26,114 nucleotides of DNA from a virus (lineage: Duplodnaviria > Caudoviricetes): positions 1 through 26,114 of IMG/VR virus record IMGVR_UViG_3300035680_000078. One strand, 5' to 3'. This document shows, in pieces, positions 24,255-26,114 of the stretch. A program made the translations under genes and the position numbers. Below the pieces are notes generated by a model. That model saw only the letters and a list, made by a program, of their open reading frames with translations. It was not told the origin of the DNA and did no database searches. Within the stretch, counting starts at the first letter, position 1. Each line of letters starts with the position of its first letter.

Positions 24255-25060
24255 AGCAAACCCTCCGCCTGTTTCTGCATCCACGCCGGCAGTCCGATCA
24301 CCGTGATCTCCTCGGTGAATCCGGGCCAGCTGTTCTTCTCGGTGCAATCGCGGACCCGGGCCAGGTCGCGCTGATACTCGGCGCGTCCCAGTTCGATAGC
24401 TTCCTGCGAGAGCGAATAAACCGCGGTCGCATACGGGGCCTCTTTCTCGACCACGATGAAGACGAAGTCGGACTTGTCGATCCCCACCAGACGGCACAGA
24501 TCGATGTAATAGGCCGCCTGCACGTGATACCGGAATTTGCCAAGGCTCCGCTCGAATTCCTGCGGGTCCGCGGACGCCGAGGTCTTCAAGTCGGGTATGA
24601 CACTTCCGCCCACCAGAGCGTCGAGACGCGCCTTGCGGATCGTCCCGTGCTCATCCTCCGCGAAGAGACACTGCTCGGTCTTCGCGTTGTGCAAGATGCG
24701 CTTGGCCATCGGATGCGCCCAAACGGAGCGCACCATCCCGTGGATCTGGTCCGCCTCGTCCTGGGTGATGATCGGCGCGGTCTGCTCGGCTTTCCACGCC
24801 TTGCCCTCTTTCGTTGTGAAGAGCATGCCCTCGGGTTTGACCACGTACGCGCCGGCCATGGTGTCCGGCTCGAGCACGGCCCGATGGACCAAGCTGCCGA
24901 GACGCATGGCGGGCGTCTGCACGTTTTCGACTAACCCATCTCGACGGGCCTTGTAATGCGCCGGCGTGCGGGGTTGGGCAATCCAATCCAAGTCGGACTT
25001 GCTGATTCCTTCGGCTCGGCGGTAAGACGCCTCGGCCATGGTGAGGACTCCGGTTTCCAT
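24251..25060 (-). CDS. RecE/exonuclease VIII-like PD-(D/E)XK nuclease (DUF3799 type)
   Basis: ISKSDL, GSLVH..VLEP, KARLD, DLKT and YHVQAAYY motifs; adjacent to the RecT-like gene. Confidence 0.85.
   Translation of the reverse strand: METGVLTMAEASYRRAEGISKSDLDWIAQPRTPAHYKARRDGLVENVQTPAMRLGSLVHRAVLEPDTMAGAYVVKPEGMLFTTKEGKAWKAEQTAPIITQDEADQIHGMVRSVWAHPMAKRILHNAKTEQCLFAEDEHGTIRKARLDALVGGSVIPDLKTSASADPQEFERSLGKFRYHVQAAYYIDLCRLVGIDKSDFVFIVVEKEAPYATAVYSLSQEAIELGRAEYQRDLARVRDCTEKNSWPGFTEEITVIGLPAWMQKQAEGLL
24925..24937 (-). promoter_or_regulatory. Dispersed motif copy 12, GGGTTAGTCGAAA (in CDS, encodes GLVE)
   Basis: 10-bp core exact. Confidence 0.7.
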
Positions 25061-25758
25061 TAGAGTAGCTCCTCCTGCTTGATTTGGTTGGAGAGCACCG
25101 CGATGTCTTGAACCAGATCCACAATGGATTCCGGCGCATCGGGGAGCACCAGGTTGCTGGCCACCTCGCGTCCGCGGGCGGGCTTCATCGGCTGGTAGTC
25201 GCTGACCTCTTCGCTGATGCCCACGCCACGGAGCGCGTCCGGGAAGGCATCGCGGAGGGCGAAGCTACGGGCACGCATCTGAAGCATGCGCTTGGGATAC
25301 GCGGTCCAAGGACCGGACCTGCCCCACAGCTTGGCACGCTTGGCATCCTCCTCGGAAAACGTCCGTAGCGTCAGCTTGGGCGTCTTGTCTTCGCGGCGGA
25401 TGAAACGCCAGACTTTGCAGACCGCGGTATTCGTTTCCGCCACGTGCGTTTCCTCGATGCCACCCCACAGCTGATGCGCCATGGCCAAGGCCAAAGCGCC
25501 ATCGCCAAAGAGCGAGGGCCGGCCATTGATGACCGCGATGGTTTGGAGGGCCTGCATCGGAGGAAGGCCGATCTCGAGGCCGCATTGAATGGCCACCATC
25601 ACCTGCTCCGGTGTCTGGAAGCTGGACGGAGCCAGACCCGAGTTAACGATAGCGCGGCAAAACCGCCCCATCTCGTCCATGCTGCGAAGCTGGACCCCGC
25701 TCTGGTTAAACGCGACTTCCACGCGCTTGTTGTCTTCTTTGATGGCCAGGTCGCTCAT
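25060..25758 (-). CDS. RecT-like single-strand annealing recombinase
   Basis: G.EIGLPPMQALQ.IAVINGRP, A..AKLWG..GPW..YPKRML..RA..FALRDAFPD.L.G; start MSDLAIK overlaps the upstream stop. Confidence 0.8.
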   Translation of the reverse strand: MSDLAIKEDNKRVEVAFNQSGVQLRSMDEMGRFCRAIVNSGLAPSSFQTPEQVMVAIQCGLEIGLPPMQALQTIAVINGRPSLFGDGALALAMAHQLWGGIEETHVAETNTAVCKVWRFIRREDKTPKLTLRTFSEEDAKRAKLWGRSGPWTAYPKRMLQMRARSFALRDAFPDALRGVGISEEVSDYQPMKPARGREVASNLVLPDAPESIVDLVQDIAVLSNQIKQEELL

Positions 25759-26081
25759 CCGCGCACCCCTTTCTCGACCAGGATTTCCGCCAACCGCGTG
25801 GGGTTGCTGGCCCACGCCACCAGCCGGCGAAAGGTCACCGTCTCGTAGACCGCGGCCCTCACCCTCGGGAGCGGGGGAAGGTTGACCGTCTGCACCACCG
25901 GACGCCACGCCTGGAAGCGGGCGAATTCCAGTTTGCACTTCTTTGCGGGCCGGTCCGCCTCGTTGTAGCGGGCCAGATGTTTCGGGTTCTGCCGGTCCTC
26001 GAAGTAGAGGCTCGGATACTTCAACGCCAATCCCGCCAGATGGTGGGAAAAGAGTTGCAGCTGCGTTTCTTCTGTGTTCAT
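25755..26081 (-). CDS. Hypothetical protein
   Basis: 108 aa, translationally coupled to the RecT-like gene. Confidence 0.55.
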   Translation of the reverse strand: MNTEETQLQLFSHHLAGLALKYPSLYFEDRQNPKHLARYNEADRPAKKCKLEFARFQAWRPVVQTVNLPPLPRVRAAVYETVTFRRLVAWASNPTRLAEILVEKGVRG

Positions 26082-26114
26082 TTTTCACTTGGTTCTGTTA
26101 TTGCATTGGCCGGT

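Noticed and set aside
693-24937. Dispersed motif as a CRISPR array or simple Shine-Dalgarno sequence
   Set aside because: Copies are too short and irregularly spaced for CRISPR. Spacing to ATG varies, several copies are intragenic or inverted, and the capsid gene has its own AAGGAG RBS.
25759-26088. N-terminal extensions of track ORFs (RecT 342 aa, RusA 208 aa, TerS 188 aa, 280-aa ORF at 13647)
   Set aside because: They overlap upstream genes; internal ATGs coupled to upstream stops or with an RBS are better starts.

Overview
About 26 kb of a GC-rich (roughly 60-65% by eye) tailed phage or prophage, with essentially every real gene on the minus strand. Reading right to left: a lambdoid-style recombination/replication block (RecT-like, RecE/ExoVIII-like, RusA, replication initiator with internal iteron-like repeats), a circularly permuted C5 DNA methyltransferase containing an overprinted ORF, an SSB-like protein, small and large terminase, and a podovirus-type morphogenesis block (portal, tRNA-Met-like gene, scaffold, a 4-gene accessory cassette, major capsid, tail tubular A and B, internal virion proteins). 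The block ends in a giant gene of at least 1565 codons (4695 to beyond the left edge) that is missing from the ORF track because it has no stop in the window. I translated parts of it by hand and found an ART-like domain and a C5 cytosine-methyltransferase domain. The most notable observations are: (1) a 13-bp asymmetric motif GG(A/G/T)TTAGTCGAAA present 12 times, mostly co-oriented with transcription and often just before start codons; (2) a probably virion-delivered C5 methyltransferase; (3) the permuted methyltransferase with a nested alternative-frame protein; (4) nested CBM5/12-like halves in the tail nozzle protein; (5) an atypical initiator-like tRNA and a structured capsid-gene leader. 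All family assignments come from motif recognition and gene order, not database searches.
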